The notes below the pieces were generated by a model. It had not been told where the DNA came from, made no database searches, and saw nothing but the letters and a program-made list of their open reading frames with translations. 64,000 nucleotides of DNA, taken from Paecilomyces variotii. Taxonomy: Eukaryota. Positions 51,001 to 62,270 of the stretch are shown in pieces (the first letter of the stretch is position 1; each line of letters opens with the position of its first letter). Position numbers and translations under genes: made by a program. The stretch lies in assembly GCA_004022145.1 (NCBI GenBank), contig RCNU01000010.1; one strand, given 5' to 3'.

Positions 51001-52565
51001 ATGTTTGCAGACGTACAACCCGGTCCGAAGGACCCTATGTTTGACCTGAAAAAGCTGGCTGACGACGACATTTCCCCGCGAAAGATCGACTTGGGAGTAG
51101 GTGTGTACCGTAACGAGGAGGGGGGCTACCACGAACTTCAAGCAATTAAAAAGGTGTGCATATGATCACCTCGCATTCCTAGCATCTTTTATCTGACATA
51201 TTATATCGATCAGGCCAAGAAGATCCTAAATGAGACCAATCCGGGACACGATGTAAGTTGTCATATTCCAACGGTCCCCCGCTATACTGACTGTGATGGC
51301 TCTGACATAACCACAGTATGAGCTTACTACTGGCAATCCATCCTTTTTGAATGATGCAGCCGTATTGATGTTTGGAGAAAACAGCAAGGCTCTTAAGACT
51401 AAAAAGGTATCTACAGAGTGTCAATGTTTCTAAGACTAAATCTACCGTACTAATAGCCACAGATTGCTTCCGTACAAACCATTTCCGGCACAGGAGCCTG
51501 CCACTTGGCAGCATTGTTTCTTCGACGTTGCAAAGCATTCGCTCAGAGTGTCGTCTACGTGGGTACTCCAGCTTGGGGCAACTACGAACCTCTACTCAGA
51601 CTTGTTGGCTTTGAAGTTCAAAAATACACTTACTATGACCCGCAAACGCATGCGGTGAACTTAAAAAACCTCCTTGACACCGTGGCCAATGCCCCTCAAA
51701 AAAGTATATTCATTCTTCAGGGATGTTGCCACAATCCAACAGGAGCGGACCTCAGTCAGGAGCAGTGGAGGTTGCTTGCAGATGCCATGGAGAAAGCAGA
51801 TGTGTTCCCGCTCTTCGATGTCGCCTACCAGGGCCTCGGTGCGTCTCCCGACAACGACGCCTATGGAATTCAACTATTCGTCGAGAAGGGATTTGAGATG
51901 GTAGTATGCCAATCCTTCTCGAAGAACTTTGGTCTTTATGGTGAACGATGTGGGGTTCTACATGTTGTCACAGACGAGGAGACAATCTGTGCAAATGTCT
52001 ATGACCAGCTCCGTTCCCTGATCAGATGGGAATTCTCATCGTCGCCTGCGTATGGCTCCCGACTGGTGAATATCGTTCTGGGAGATCCGGATCTCAGAGA
52101 AGAATGGTTTGTTGCTCAAAATATGTGTTAGAAGGGGCGTTTTTCAAAGCTAACTTTTAGATAGGCTCAAGGAGTTATCGACTATGAGAAATCGACTCGT
52201 CGATAATCGAAGGAAGCTCTACCATAATCTAGTACATGTGCATAAGGTATGTTCGAAGAACTTAGGGCAGACTTCAGAATCTATACTGACCATTCTCAGA
52301 CACCAGGAAGTTGGGAAGCCCTTCTTACAACCACTGGTCTATTTTGGTATTGTCCATTTTCCTGCTCTGCTAGACTACGGGCCATGCTAACTCTATGCGC
52401 AGCTATCTACCTCTCGCGAAAGAGGAAATCATCAAGTTAAGAGAAAGGTTTCATATCTATCTACCAGACAATGGGCGTGTAAATGTCGCTGGTCTTAACC
52501 CGACGAATTTGGGCTCCGTTGCTTCGGCTATCAATGAGGTTGTGAGAGATGCTACTAAGCTCTGA
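51001..52565 (+). CDS. Aspartate-aminotransferase-family (class I PLP) enzyme; candidate 4-hydroxyglutamate transaminase
   Basis: KIDLGVGVYRNE, QTISGTGA, HNPTGAD, FDVAYQG and SFSKNFGLYGER (PLP Lys). Multi-exon; ends ...RDATKL*. Confidence 0.9.
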
Positions 52566-52794
52566 GGCCGGATCATGAGCCAATGTTAGAGCTGGAAGGT
52601 TCCCTAATGCCTAGAAGAGTAGTTAACCATGGAAAACTATTTTGCTTGACGGCCCGCGCTCGATGTAGACCTACGGCTCCTGGACCCGGAGGTCTGTGAG
52701 TTTGTAGCCTATCTGTCAATTGCTTTTGCAACCTTGAAGAGTATAGTCATTCAATACCGAAGGGTCCATCTCATCCATCCAATGGGATCATATC

Positions 52795-52859
52795 CGGGAT
52801 GTCTGCCGGTCATGGTATATCAGTCACGCGTCCTCGATTGAGTACCGGAACAGTTCCCG
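52795..52859. promoter_or_regulatory. Two CGG-N8-CCG sites upstream of the aldolase
   Basis: cggGATGTCTGccg at 52795-52808 and cggAACAGTTCccg at 52846-52859. Confidence 0.7.
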
Positions 52860-53031
52860 ACACAGCAAAATAGTAAGCGTGTACACCATAGCATAAGGTA
52901 GAACGCGAAAATAATATCATGGATTTAAAAGGCTATGTTTTCTGACAGGTCTCTCAGTCAAATAGGACTACAAGTGAGACTGAGAAAGCGTCTAGACGAA
53001 CCCCCCATCACACTACATTATACAACACAAT

Positions 53032-54032
53032 ATGGCTGTTCCCATTCCTCCTCCTTTCGGAATTTATCCCCCAGTTGTTACATTTTTCAACGAAGACGAG
53101 ACGGTAGACTACAATGCATTTTCGAAGCATCTTGGAAGGCTTCTAGACGGCGGCGTTACGGGCCTCGTTATCCATGGGAGCAACGGAGAAGCCTCCCATC
53201 TTTTGCACGAAGAGCGCGCGGAGATGATTCGGGCGGCACGAAGAATTGCGGATCAGCGAAAGAAGTCAACTGTGATCATTGCAGGGTGCAGTGCACCTAG
53301 TGTTCGTGAAACGTTGCTCTTTATCGAAGAGGCGAAGCAAACTGGGGCGGATTATGCATTGGTTCTTCCGCCTAGTTTTTGGCCTGCTGTCATGACAAAG
53401 CCTGTGATAAGATCTTTTTACATTGATGTAAGGATCTATTTCCCAAATTGTATGTACATTTCGCGCCATCATCACTGACAATATACATCTTATAGGTCGC
53501 TGCAAAGTCACCACTTCCGATTATAATTTACAACTTCCCCGTTGTAAGCGGCGGCCTCGACCTAGATTCCGATCTTATCACCGACATCGCAACTTCATCC
53601 CCAAACATTGTGGGAGTGAAGCTCAGCTGCGGAAATGTAGGAAAAGTAGCAAGACTATCCTCATCTTTCGACCGCGGCAGATTCGCTCCCTTCGGAGGAA
53701 AGGCAGACTTTCTTCTTCCCGGCCTCATTGCAGGATCGCATGGCGCAATCGCGGTTCTTGCGAATCTTACCCCCAAGGCTCTTTCGAAGGTGATCAGTCT
53801 TTATGACGAAGGAAATGTAGCTGAGGCGAAAGAACTTCAAGCAAAACTGTCTCATGCCGATTGGACTTTGAGCACGTTGGGGGTTTCTGGTACGAAGTTG
53901 GCAACGCAGAAGTTTTTTGGGTACGGTGATCCGAAGACGAGGACTCCTTTTGTGACTGTCGGAAAAGACGCTATTGGCGTGAAGGCGCTCGAAAAGTTAC
54001 AGGCGGTCATTGATGTGGAGAATGGGATTTAA
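53032..54032 (+). CDS. DHDPS/NAL-family aldolase; candidate 4-hydroxy-2-oxoglutarate aldolase (HOGA), 1 intron
   Basis: GIYPPVVTFF, GSNGEA, IYNFP (catalytic Tyr) and GVKLSCG (Schiff-base Lys). Confidence 0.85.
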
Positions 54033-54328
54033 AGCAAATCTGTAGTCGTTTAGGCAAGCGAATGGACCATGGTCATCATTAAACTATTCCTTTTTTTTTT
54101 TTTTTGATATAACCTTGCTAGTCACTAAGTAGACATAAGCGTAAAATGAGGAAGTCTTCATGCGGAACTGAAACTTAACAGCATTGACCATGGCTACTTT
54201 TCAGCTGGACAAGCATAAAAAATGGGAATATGCTTTCTGTTATTGATATGAGCAGAGAGCTCAGTTAGAGTTGAGTAATTCTGTGCTATTCTTAACATAG
54301 GTATAATATCCATCATTGCCACGATCCT

Positions 54329-55675
54329 CTAGAGCTTAGCACGAGGTGTAGTGGCCAAATCTGAACTCGAGCCTGTCCTCCACGCAACAGTGTCACCCGG
54401 CTTTGACTCCTTCCATTTCCATCTGGATACTCTCTGCTGGCCATCCACCAGGAGCTTCATCGCAAGGCCACCCATGACGGGTAACATCTTAAAGCCGTGC
54501 CCTGAGTCCCCGGAGAGGATTGCGAGTGATCTTTCCGTTTCTGGAACATAGTCTATCACAAAATTATAATCATCGCTATCTGCAAACCAGCACAGATGAT
54601 TGTCGATGAGGGGTCTGTCAGCGAGATGGGGCAACGCCTCACGTAGCAGTCTTCTGGATGCCTCTTCATCCTCTTTCAAGATAAAGTCGGAATCTGCGAG
54701 TCTCGACGGTGGTAGAGAGATTCCAGTAGAGCCGGAGGAATTGGTATATCCCCCTCCCATGTGACAGACTTTCAGTTTATTTGTGGCCAGGTCAGGCTCA
54801 AAGAAGAAACCGATATCGCGCACGTTGATAACCGGAATTCCTCGGAGCTTTTCTGTTTCCTCCTGACTGAGCTGAATGTGGGAGACACCCCAACACCTCG
54901 CTGTTATCTGAGACGTGGCAGACGGTATTATCCTCACTGCATTCGCACCAACGGCCACGATAGTCGTGGCCGCATGGTAGCGCACGTCACCTTTTGTCCT
55001 CGCGCCGATACAGCGACGGGTCCCAGGCGCGAAGAGGAGTTCAGCAACCTCACCTTCGTGAGGTCCAAGGCGGAACGAGACTCCTTTCTGGAGACAATCT
55101 TCATAAACTGATTTCATTGCATCCGCGGCGTGAGCGTATCCGGCCAGAGAATTGAGATAGCCGCTCCAACCTTTCACGGGCCCAGAAAGTGCAGGTATCA
55201 ATTTCTTGATTGCAGAGCTATCAGGACATGGCTGTATCTTGTCCCGAACTTCGGGGTGCCCTGAAACAGAAGCTAGATACTTTTGCAATATATCCCGCGA
55301 TATCTTCGGTGCTGACCCAGAGGTAACATTTAGAAATCCGACCTGGTGAAAGTATGGCTTGTACAGAGGATCTTCCTGCCATTTCTTTATGGCTTCCTGA
55401 GCGGAGAATGTCAGTTCTGGCTCTTTTATATTAGGATTAAAGTGTGAGTAAATGCTTACCAATGTCAACGCAGTGTAGAACGAGTCTGCGTACTCGGGAC
55501 GCACGATTTTGTTAAGATCGTAGCCTGCTGAGAAGCGACTTGGAATCTGGCCGTCTTTTTCCAGAACGGTGATATTTGTATAGCCTGCTGATGCCAGCTG
55601 ATGGGCTGTGGCTAGACCAAAGACACCAGCACCGACAACAAGAACAGGATCATTCTTTTTGTGCTCGGAAGTCAT
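54329..55675 (-). CDS. FAD-dependent sarcosine/L-pipecolate/fructosyl-amine oxidase family protein with PTS1 (AKL); in-frame intron at about 55398-55460
   Basis: VGAGVFG, SAGYDLNKIVR, GFFFEPD, LCW (flavinylation Cys), GDSGHGFKMLP and C-terminal AKL. Confidence 0.9.
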   Translation of the reverse strand: MTSEHKKNDPVLVVGAGVFGLATAHQLASAGYTNITVLEKDGQIPSRFSAGYDLNKIVRPEYADSFYTALTLVSIYSHFNPNIKEPELTFSAQEAIKKWQEDPLYKPYFHQVGFLNVTSGSAPKISRDILQKYLASVSGHPEVRDKIQPCPDSSAIKKLIPALSGPVKGWSGYLNSLAGYAHAADAMKSVYEDCLQKGVSFRLGPHEGEVAELLFAPGTRRCIGARTKGDVRYHAATTIVAVGANAVRIIPSATSQITARCWGVSHIQLSQEETEKLRGIPVINVRDIGFFFEPDLATNKLKVCHMGGGYTNSSGSTGISLPPSRLADSDFILKEDEEASRRLLREALPHLADRPLIDNHLCWFADSDDYNFVIDYVPETERSLAILSGDSGHGFKMLPVMGGLAMKLLVDGQQRVSRWKWKESKPGDTVAWRTGSSSDLATTPRAKL

Positions 55676-55907
55676 GATTATGGGAGTGTTCTAATTCGGG
55701 TGCTCGCTGATACAAGATAACGAATGATAGCTTCTAATATATCTACTATTGGATCTTGAATATATTCGCGGAATCAATAACTTTATAAGCAATACCTAGG
55801 AGCTCCTGTACTAATCATACGATAACCTACTCATCGGCAGCCATACATTGCAAGGGATCTCCAGCTTGCCATTGCATTCATGACCGCCTGCATCCTGCGA
55901 AGTCGGT

Positions 55908-55991
55908 CGGGAGGATTCCCGGTGTGGTTACCCGCGGCTGTAGATAAGCTGTATGCTATAACTAGGTAGGTATTGATCGGAATCCCTACCG
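55908..55991. promoter_or_regulatory. Two CGG-N8-CCG sites upstream of the FAD oxidase
   Basis: cggGAGGATTCccg at 55908-55921 and cggAATCCCTAccg at 55978-55991. Confidence 0.7.
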
Positions 55992-56331
55992 ATGATCGTG
56001 ATACGGAATTGATACCCTAGATAGGCAGTTTCTTAAAAGATTCTACGGATAGCATAACAGGAAAAAATTAGGTACATGTTGGAATATTTGCCACTCGACA
56101 TGAGTGCACGACCATATCACAGCTGCTAGAGAGGAAAGGACTGGTCAAGGGCTTGTATTCTCTAGGGGGGAGCGAGCTCCAGCTCCAGCAACTATCTAGC
56201 TATATGCTGTGTTTTGGGCTAGGCCCTTCCATCCAAGGTTGCCTACTAGGCCATAGGGCCCAAGACCAGTAATGCGAACGTATCTTTCCGTGAGAGCCTT
56301 CCGTGATTGCACTTTGCTATATGTCTAATTT

Positions 56332-57612
56332 CTAGTGTAGCATCGTCCTAGCGACCTCGACCCTGGTTTATACATTAGCTGAAGATATTCAAGAGCAAAG
56401 AAAAGTCAAGCAAGATCATAACTTACATCGTAAATGTCCCTGCCGATACTGGAATTGCACGGACTAGCGTTGGTGTCAATCCACGGTAAAAGCCTTTAAA
56501 TCCGTAGGCATTGAAAGTCTGGCGAACCGCATCAAGGGTGGTGCGATATTGTTGCTTCTCGCCGAAGCTATCTGTTTGCATTTTGCTCTTGATGATGTCC
56601 ATCGGATAGTTTGTTATCCAGAGGATTTCACCGACGAGAGCTCCGCAACAAGCAATCTGCCATTTGGGAAGTTCGTCCCGTTTCTTATTTTGCACTTTGG
56701 AAATCTCCTGAACGAAAACCTCAAAGCAAGAGAACCAAATCCCATAGCTGCCGAACTCCCGCAACATAGTCGCCGTAAGTCCTCGATATAGCCCCCGCAT
56801 CCCAGCTTGTCTGACTATCTTTCGTACACAATCCGCTGTTCCTGAGTAAAGGCGGCTGGACTTCTCATGAGTTTGAGTCTGGAGTCGTATCCTGACGTGT
56901 TCGGTAGGGCCTGAGACGAAACTGTTCACAACACCGGCCATTCCTCCTGCTAGATAAATTCGTCCCAGACTGGTCTTTCCGTCAATGCTGGTATGGCTAT
57001 CGTCGCCAACAGTGTCAAAGAATTGACTAAAAGCGTGGAAGGACGAATACACTATGCTAATCTTTAGTTTGGTTTTGTGAGAGAGTACTCATCAGATAAT
57101 CGGACAGACCGGACATACACAAGCCCCTACTCCAACCAGCGGAGCAGCGGATCCCTTATAGTTAATGAACGATGTTACTAACATTCCCCCCCCCAAAAAA
57201 AAGACAGAAGCGTCGATATTGGAGCTTTCAATAACACACCTTGTAGAAAGCTAGAGGGCCTTCAAGAGACCAGATATTGCGTGCAACAGAGAACATGTCC
57301 CCATTTCCTCTAGTCTGCATCCGCACCTTCATAATATCTACCGGCCATGAAGGTTAGGGTTTGATGACAATGGAAAGATATAAGAAATATCACAAACCAA
57401 ATGGTTGCCCTGATGACCGTTAATGATTGTACACTGTAAATATTGTATACTTTATCTCCGTGGCAGTAGAGCTTTGCATGGATATTAATCCTGAACATAC
57501 CAATCATAACCTGTGTGACTCCCCCTACAATACCAATAACCATTTCTTTAGCTGTTTCTGCGACATGGTCTCTCGGGATTTCCAAGGTAGGAACCGAATC
57601 AGTTACCTCCAT
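56332..57612 (-). CDS. Mitochondrial carrier (SLC25, Ymc1/Ymc2/carnitine-carrier-like), multi-exon
   Basis: Px[D/E]xx[K/R]x[K/R] repeats (PTEHVRIR, PMDIIKSK) and GLYRG/GFYRG motifs. The last exon is VEVARTMLH*. Confidence 0.9.
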
Positions 57613-57759
57613 ACTGTCGGCGAAGAATCTCTATAGACACCGGTTCACAATGAAATATATTTAGCATTCCCTGTTCGAGGTTGTTCTTCCAGAGTAGTTG
57701 ACACTGACCGTTGGGCCCATTACCTAGTTCAATTGACTGTCTTGTTAAGTCCAGGAATT

Positions 57760-57882
57760 CGGTAGAAGATCCGATCTTCATCCGCTAGTCTGAAGGATAG
57801 CATGCAAACGTCAAGTTCGGTTTAGAATATCCCCAGTATCTTATCTGTGGTCAATTCATTGTAGATTCCGGGAGTAAACCCG
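57760..57882. promoter_or_regulatory. Two CGG-N8-CCG sites in the divergent carrier/dehydrogenase promoter
   Basis: cggTAGAAGATccg at 57760-57773 and cggGAGTAAACccg at 57869-57882. Confidence 0.7.
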
Positions 57883-58082
57883 GTGTTCCAGTGGAAAACC
57901 CTGATAACACTGTAACAACCAAATTGCTCACCCCACATTACTGTTTAACGGCGGCATTATTTATGATAGCACTCCTCTTCAAAGTCAGGAATATTAAGCT
58001 GCTATACTACAGTATGTCCTCAAAACTAGGCCAAGGGACCTTGACTGTCACCAGCGTCTGTGTCTTTACAACGACGTCGAAA

Positions 58083-59518
58083 ATGACATTAAAACCAACA
58101 CGAAGTTGCTACAGAATCGTGCAACACCAGATACGTTGCAAGTCTACTATAGGAGTATCTCTGGGCAAAGCCCCCGCACCTACATTACGACCTCCACTTG
58201 CGGTTCTTCCTACAGGTACACTTCTTCGTTCGCTCTTGGTTTCCACCATCTCGTCGAACCGATATCTGTTGCTCCCATCACTTTCGATCCTCGCATACCT
58301 TTCTGATCCGCGGAGAGGCGCTCTTTTAAGCGTTGATAGGAATCCAGTCCTTCATGCAATACTTAAGAAGACGTTTTACGAACAGTTTTGCGCCGGAGAA
58401 AATGCGGAAGAGACGAAGAACAGCATGGACAAGCTCAAACGACTAGGCATTCGCGGGATTATTCTCACCTATGCACGAGAGACCGTCTTTGATCACAAGA
58501 CAAACAAAGCGCAGCCTCAAGGACACATATTAAGCGAACAGAGTGTTGCCGTCGATTACTGTCCTAATATTGAAGCCTGGCGAAAGGGGACACTTGAAAC
58601 CATTGACCTTATTAGTGAAGGGGATTATTTGGCCCTCAAGTATGGATCTTCCGTTCTCTTGCATTTGAATACAGATTAACTGGCTGCAGATTGAGTGGCA
58701 CTGGCCCAGTGGCTACTAAAGCTTTCAGTGCCGGTGAATTACCACCGCAGCAAATGATGAATGCCTTGGATGAAATATGCGTTCGTTCAAGGGACCGCAA
58801 AGTGCAAATCCTAGTCGATGCTGAGTCTCAGCATTTTCAGCGAGGAATCGCTCGCGTGACTCTTGAACTTATGCGCAAGTATAACCGTGATGGATACGCT
58901 CTTGTCTACAATACCTACCAGGCCTACCTGAAGAGCACCCCGAAACTCATTGAAGAGCATCTCGAAGCTGCCAGCAAGGAAGGGTTCACTCTGGGTCTCA
59001 AGCTAGTGAGAGGAGCATACATTGCTTCTGATGAACGATCTTTGATTCATAACACCAAGCTGGATACTGATAATGCCTACAATGAGATTGCCCAAGGAGC
59101 TCTCAAGCAACATATTGGAAAGTTCGGTGGGGTTGATGGCCGTCCATTTCCTTCACTGAATCTGTTCTTGGCGAGTCATAACAAAGAAAGTCTTTTTGCG
59201 GCCTACGAGTTATACCGTCAACGCCTAAACTCGAATTTGCCTACCGTTCCCGTTCGATTTGGTCAACTCCATGGCATGTCGGACGAGGTCAGCTTCTCGC
59301 TCATACAGCTGAAAGATGTTTATGGTGACAACATCGGCCCGGAAGTCTACAAATGTTCTACATGGGGCAGCATGCGTGAGTGCATGGCATATCTGATACG
59401 ACGAGCGATAGAAAACAGGGATGCTGTATCGAGGGCAAACGACGAATATTCTGCATTGAAAGCGGAGTTGAGGAGGAGATTGGGCTTTTCTTCGTGGCTT
59501 TCCTCTGCGAGTCACTAG
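58083..59518 (+). CDS. Proline dehydrogenase family enzyme (PrnD/Put1 paralog); candidate hydroxyproline dehydrogenase, 1 intron
   Basis: FYEQFCAGE, LVDAE, YNTYQAYLK, KLVRGAY, ASHN, QLHGM and YLIRRAIEN. Basic presequence-like N-terminus from ATG 58083. Confidence 0.93.
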
Positions 59519-59777
59519 ACGCTTGAAAGGGCATATAGTTATGCAGCTGCTTTTTGGATATCAGAGATCAATGTCAAGAAACATCGTACTTTTGCTGAAG
59601 TCACCAGTGCAAATTGGAGAGTATTCTTTAACATAACATCAAATGAAGCCATCAATCCTCTCCTTCATTTATCGCGGACGGCCTACATCGTGATACATCC
59701 CCGCTCTACCCCGCAGGAGTAAGCGATCCACATCTACGGAGAGCGTTCGGGTTGAAGATATCCTGCTGTATCTATGT

Positions 59778-59791
59778 CGGAACCCCTTCCG
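59778..59791. promoter_or_regulatory. CGG-N8-CCG site upstream of the P5C reductase
   Basis: cggAACCCCTTccg. Confidence 0.65.
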
Positions 59792-59941
59792 TAGTCTCTG
59801 TGGATCTTAGGTATGGATGTTTGAAATACCGCCGAACAGCCTCTGCCAACTCGTTGTTTCGTGATTATGTATATATTTGAATCACAGATGGGTTTCGTTT
59901 GGAAGACCTGGAATAGCCAGTTTACGCAGGAATAGATCAGA

Positions 59942-60907
59942 ATGGCACCGGAAATAAACCACCTTACGTTATGTGTCCTAGGTTGCGGTGAGTTTCAATG
60001 CTGTAGAGATACTTTCATAATTTCTGACGGCCGAGAAGGAAACCTAGGAACCTCAATCCTCGCTTCCCTTGTCGATAGTCCTCCGGAAGGCGACAGTGTA
60101 CCCTCGGCAAACCAATTTATCGCCTGCGTCAGAAGCGAAACTTCAGTTCACAGAGTGAAGGAAAGATTCTCTTCGCACTTATCAAGGTTGAAAGTGATGA
60201 TAGGGAGTAACGTGAGCGCGGTTCGCGAGTCGGACGTCGTTATTCTGAGCGTCGATCCGGCAGACGTCGAGAACACATTGCGACAATCCGATCTCGCTAT
60301 TGCCCTAAAGAACAAGCTTTTGATCAGTGTCGTGGCCGGATGGACTAGAAAGAAGCTGGAAACGACGATATATGGAAGTGAAACCACGCTTGCAAACATA
60401 GAAGAGCGCTGTCAGATCGTCCGTACTCTGCCAAACATTGCAGCCACTGTTGCAGAATCAATTACCGCTATTGAAACTTCAGAACCGCCCTTGGCGCTTC
60501 ACTATGTCCAAATCACAGACTCCATCTTCAATCGCATTGGGAAGACTGCGTATATCGACCCCAAATTGATGGATGCAGCCACTGCTGTGGGAGGATCAAC
60601 GCCCGCACTTTTCTCTGTTATCTGCGATGCATTAGTTGATGCATCAGTGGCTGTTGGGGTTCCGAGGGCTATTGCACAGACTATGATCTTCCAAGCCATG
60701 AAAGGCACAGCTACTCTTTTGCAGAGCGGAATACACCCTGGGGCTCTTAAGGATCAAGGTACCAGTCCAGAAGGGTGTACAATTGGCGGGTTGATGGTTC
60801 TGGAAGAAGCTGGTGTTAGGGGCCACGTTGGAAAAGCGCTACGGGAAGCTGTTACTATTTCTCGTCTTATGGGGAACGTGGCTCATGTAAACGATACAAG
60901 GCATTAG
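59942..60907 (+). CDS. Pyrroline-5-carboxylate reductase (in-frame intron near 59988-60038)
   Basis: LGCG-NLG Rossmann motif, ISVVAG, VRTLPN, GGSTPA and TSPEGCTIGGL. Confidence 0.92.
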   Translation: MAPEINHLTLCVLGCGEFQCCRDTFIISDGREGNLGTSILASLVDSPPEGDSVPSANQFIACVRSETSVHRVKERFSSHLSRLKVMIGSNVSAVRESDVVILSVDPADVENTLRQSDLAIALKNKLLISVVAGWTRKKLETTIYGSETTLANIEERCQIVRTLPNIAATVAESITAIETSEPPLALHYVQITDSIFNRIGKTAYIDPKLMDAATAVGGSTPALFSVICDALVDASVAVGVPRAIAQTMIFQAMKGTATLLQSGIHPGALKDQGTSPEGCTIGGLMVLEEAGVRGHVGKALREAVTISRLMGNVAHVNDTRH

Positions 60908-61080
60908 ATATCCTTTATTTGAAGACTTTCAGCATCTCTACTGTATGTAATGACTTGGCCTCAAGATAATTCTAGATGGACAAGACCTTGAATCACTGTA
61001 GAGTTTCACTCTATTGTTATGTATGCCTGCTATGTATGTATGTATGTACATACATACCAGGAATGATCACAACGGTGGCA

Positions 61081-62052
61081 CTAGATGTTTATCGTCTCAT
61101 CCTGGAGCGCTGCGTGGCCAGTCAATCGGAGTTCTCGATTCACAATGCATCCAATTCCAAAGGCAGGGATTAACCGAAAGCATCGTGCCGCAACAGTTGA
61201 GAGCATACCCTGGCGAATGCGGACAAGTCGATCGGAAAAGTGTATGGCGTGTGGTCGGTTATGTAAATCCAACCCGAAGAGATGGACAGGAGCAGCAACC
61301 AGCTGTGTTAGAGCTGGAACGACTAATTGGGACAGGATGGATTTGGTATGGGAATTCGCAGCTAGCGAAGTCGGAATGTAGCCCGATAACATATCCGCCA
61401 GGGTGAACGACCCGGAGATAGTAAGTGCATCCCGCAGGAGAAATGTCGCCCAAACACTCATAGGGACTCGGCTGGCCACTTTCGCAGTCACTGCCGAGGG
61501 AGTTGAGAGGCGTGGTGATGGTATCGCAGTCCCACTCTGTGTAGCGGGGATTGGCTCTATGGGACAGTCGGAAGCGGTTCTGTAGAACTGCGCAAAGCGA
61601 ACATCTTTCCACAATCCCAGAGGTACGTTTACCAAGAAAGTAGAAATGAAGATGGTGCTTTGAACAGTAGCTGTATCTGTGACCTGAAATGCGTCTTTGA
61701 TTATAGTCTCCGATAAATTTGCTGCCGAGTATGTGACTCCGTATAGAGACGAGACGATGAAGAATGGTTTCGATATGAAGAATCGCCGTGGTTGTCTCAG
61801 ACAATAGCTAGTATGTCTCTTCAGGATATCAATGAGATTGTTCTTCGAGGATGCCTGTTCAACGATGGCTCTGCAAAATTCAGTCACTAATTGAGTGATA
61901 TAGATCGTTTCATGCGCTCCTCACCTGTCAATAATTGTCACCGCAGGGGCTACCAATGTTGCAGAAACTAACGCGGAAGTCACATCACTTCCAAGTTCTC
62001 CTAGAAAACGGTAATTATAGCCATTTCGGGCTTCTCGTATCTCTGAAGACAT
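61081..62052 (-). CDS. Uncharacterised mitochondrial-carrier-like membrane protein, 1 intron
   Basis: Spliced MSSEIRE...LGSDVTSALVSATLVAPAVTIIDR-AIVEQAS, then LWKDVRFAQ, FLLRDALTI, APVHLFGLDLHNRP and RLIPAFGIGCIVN. Several TM helices. Confidence 0.7.
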
Positions 62053-62270
62053 GCTGCGGTATGGAGATCCTGCTGGACTCTACTCCGATCTTCATGGTGT
62101 TCAAAATACTACTAAATTGTCGTAGATATAAAGGTCGGGATATTTCCGAGAGGCAACATCCATTGTAGGGCTAGTCTGTCAGATAATGACTCTACCCAGT
62201 CTCGTATAGTGGATGCTATAAGCGTTGGTGGTAACTAAGCTTGTCGGTAACATCTCGTGATGGTCTCAAT

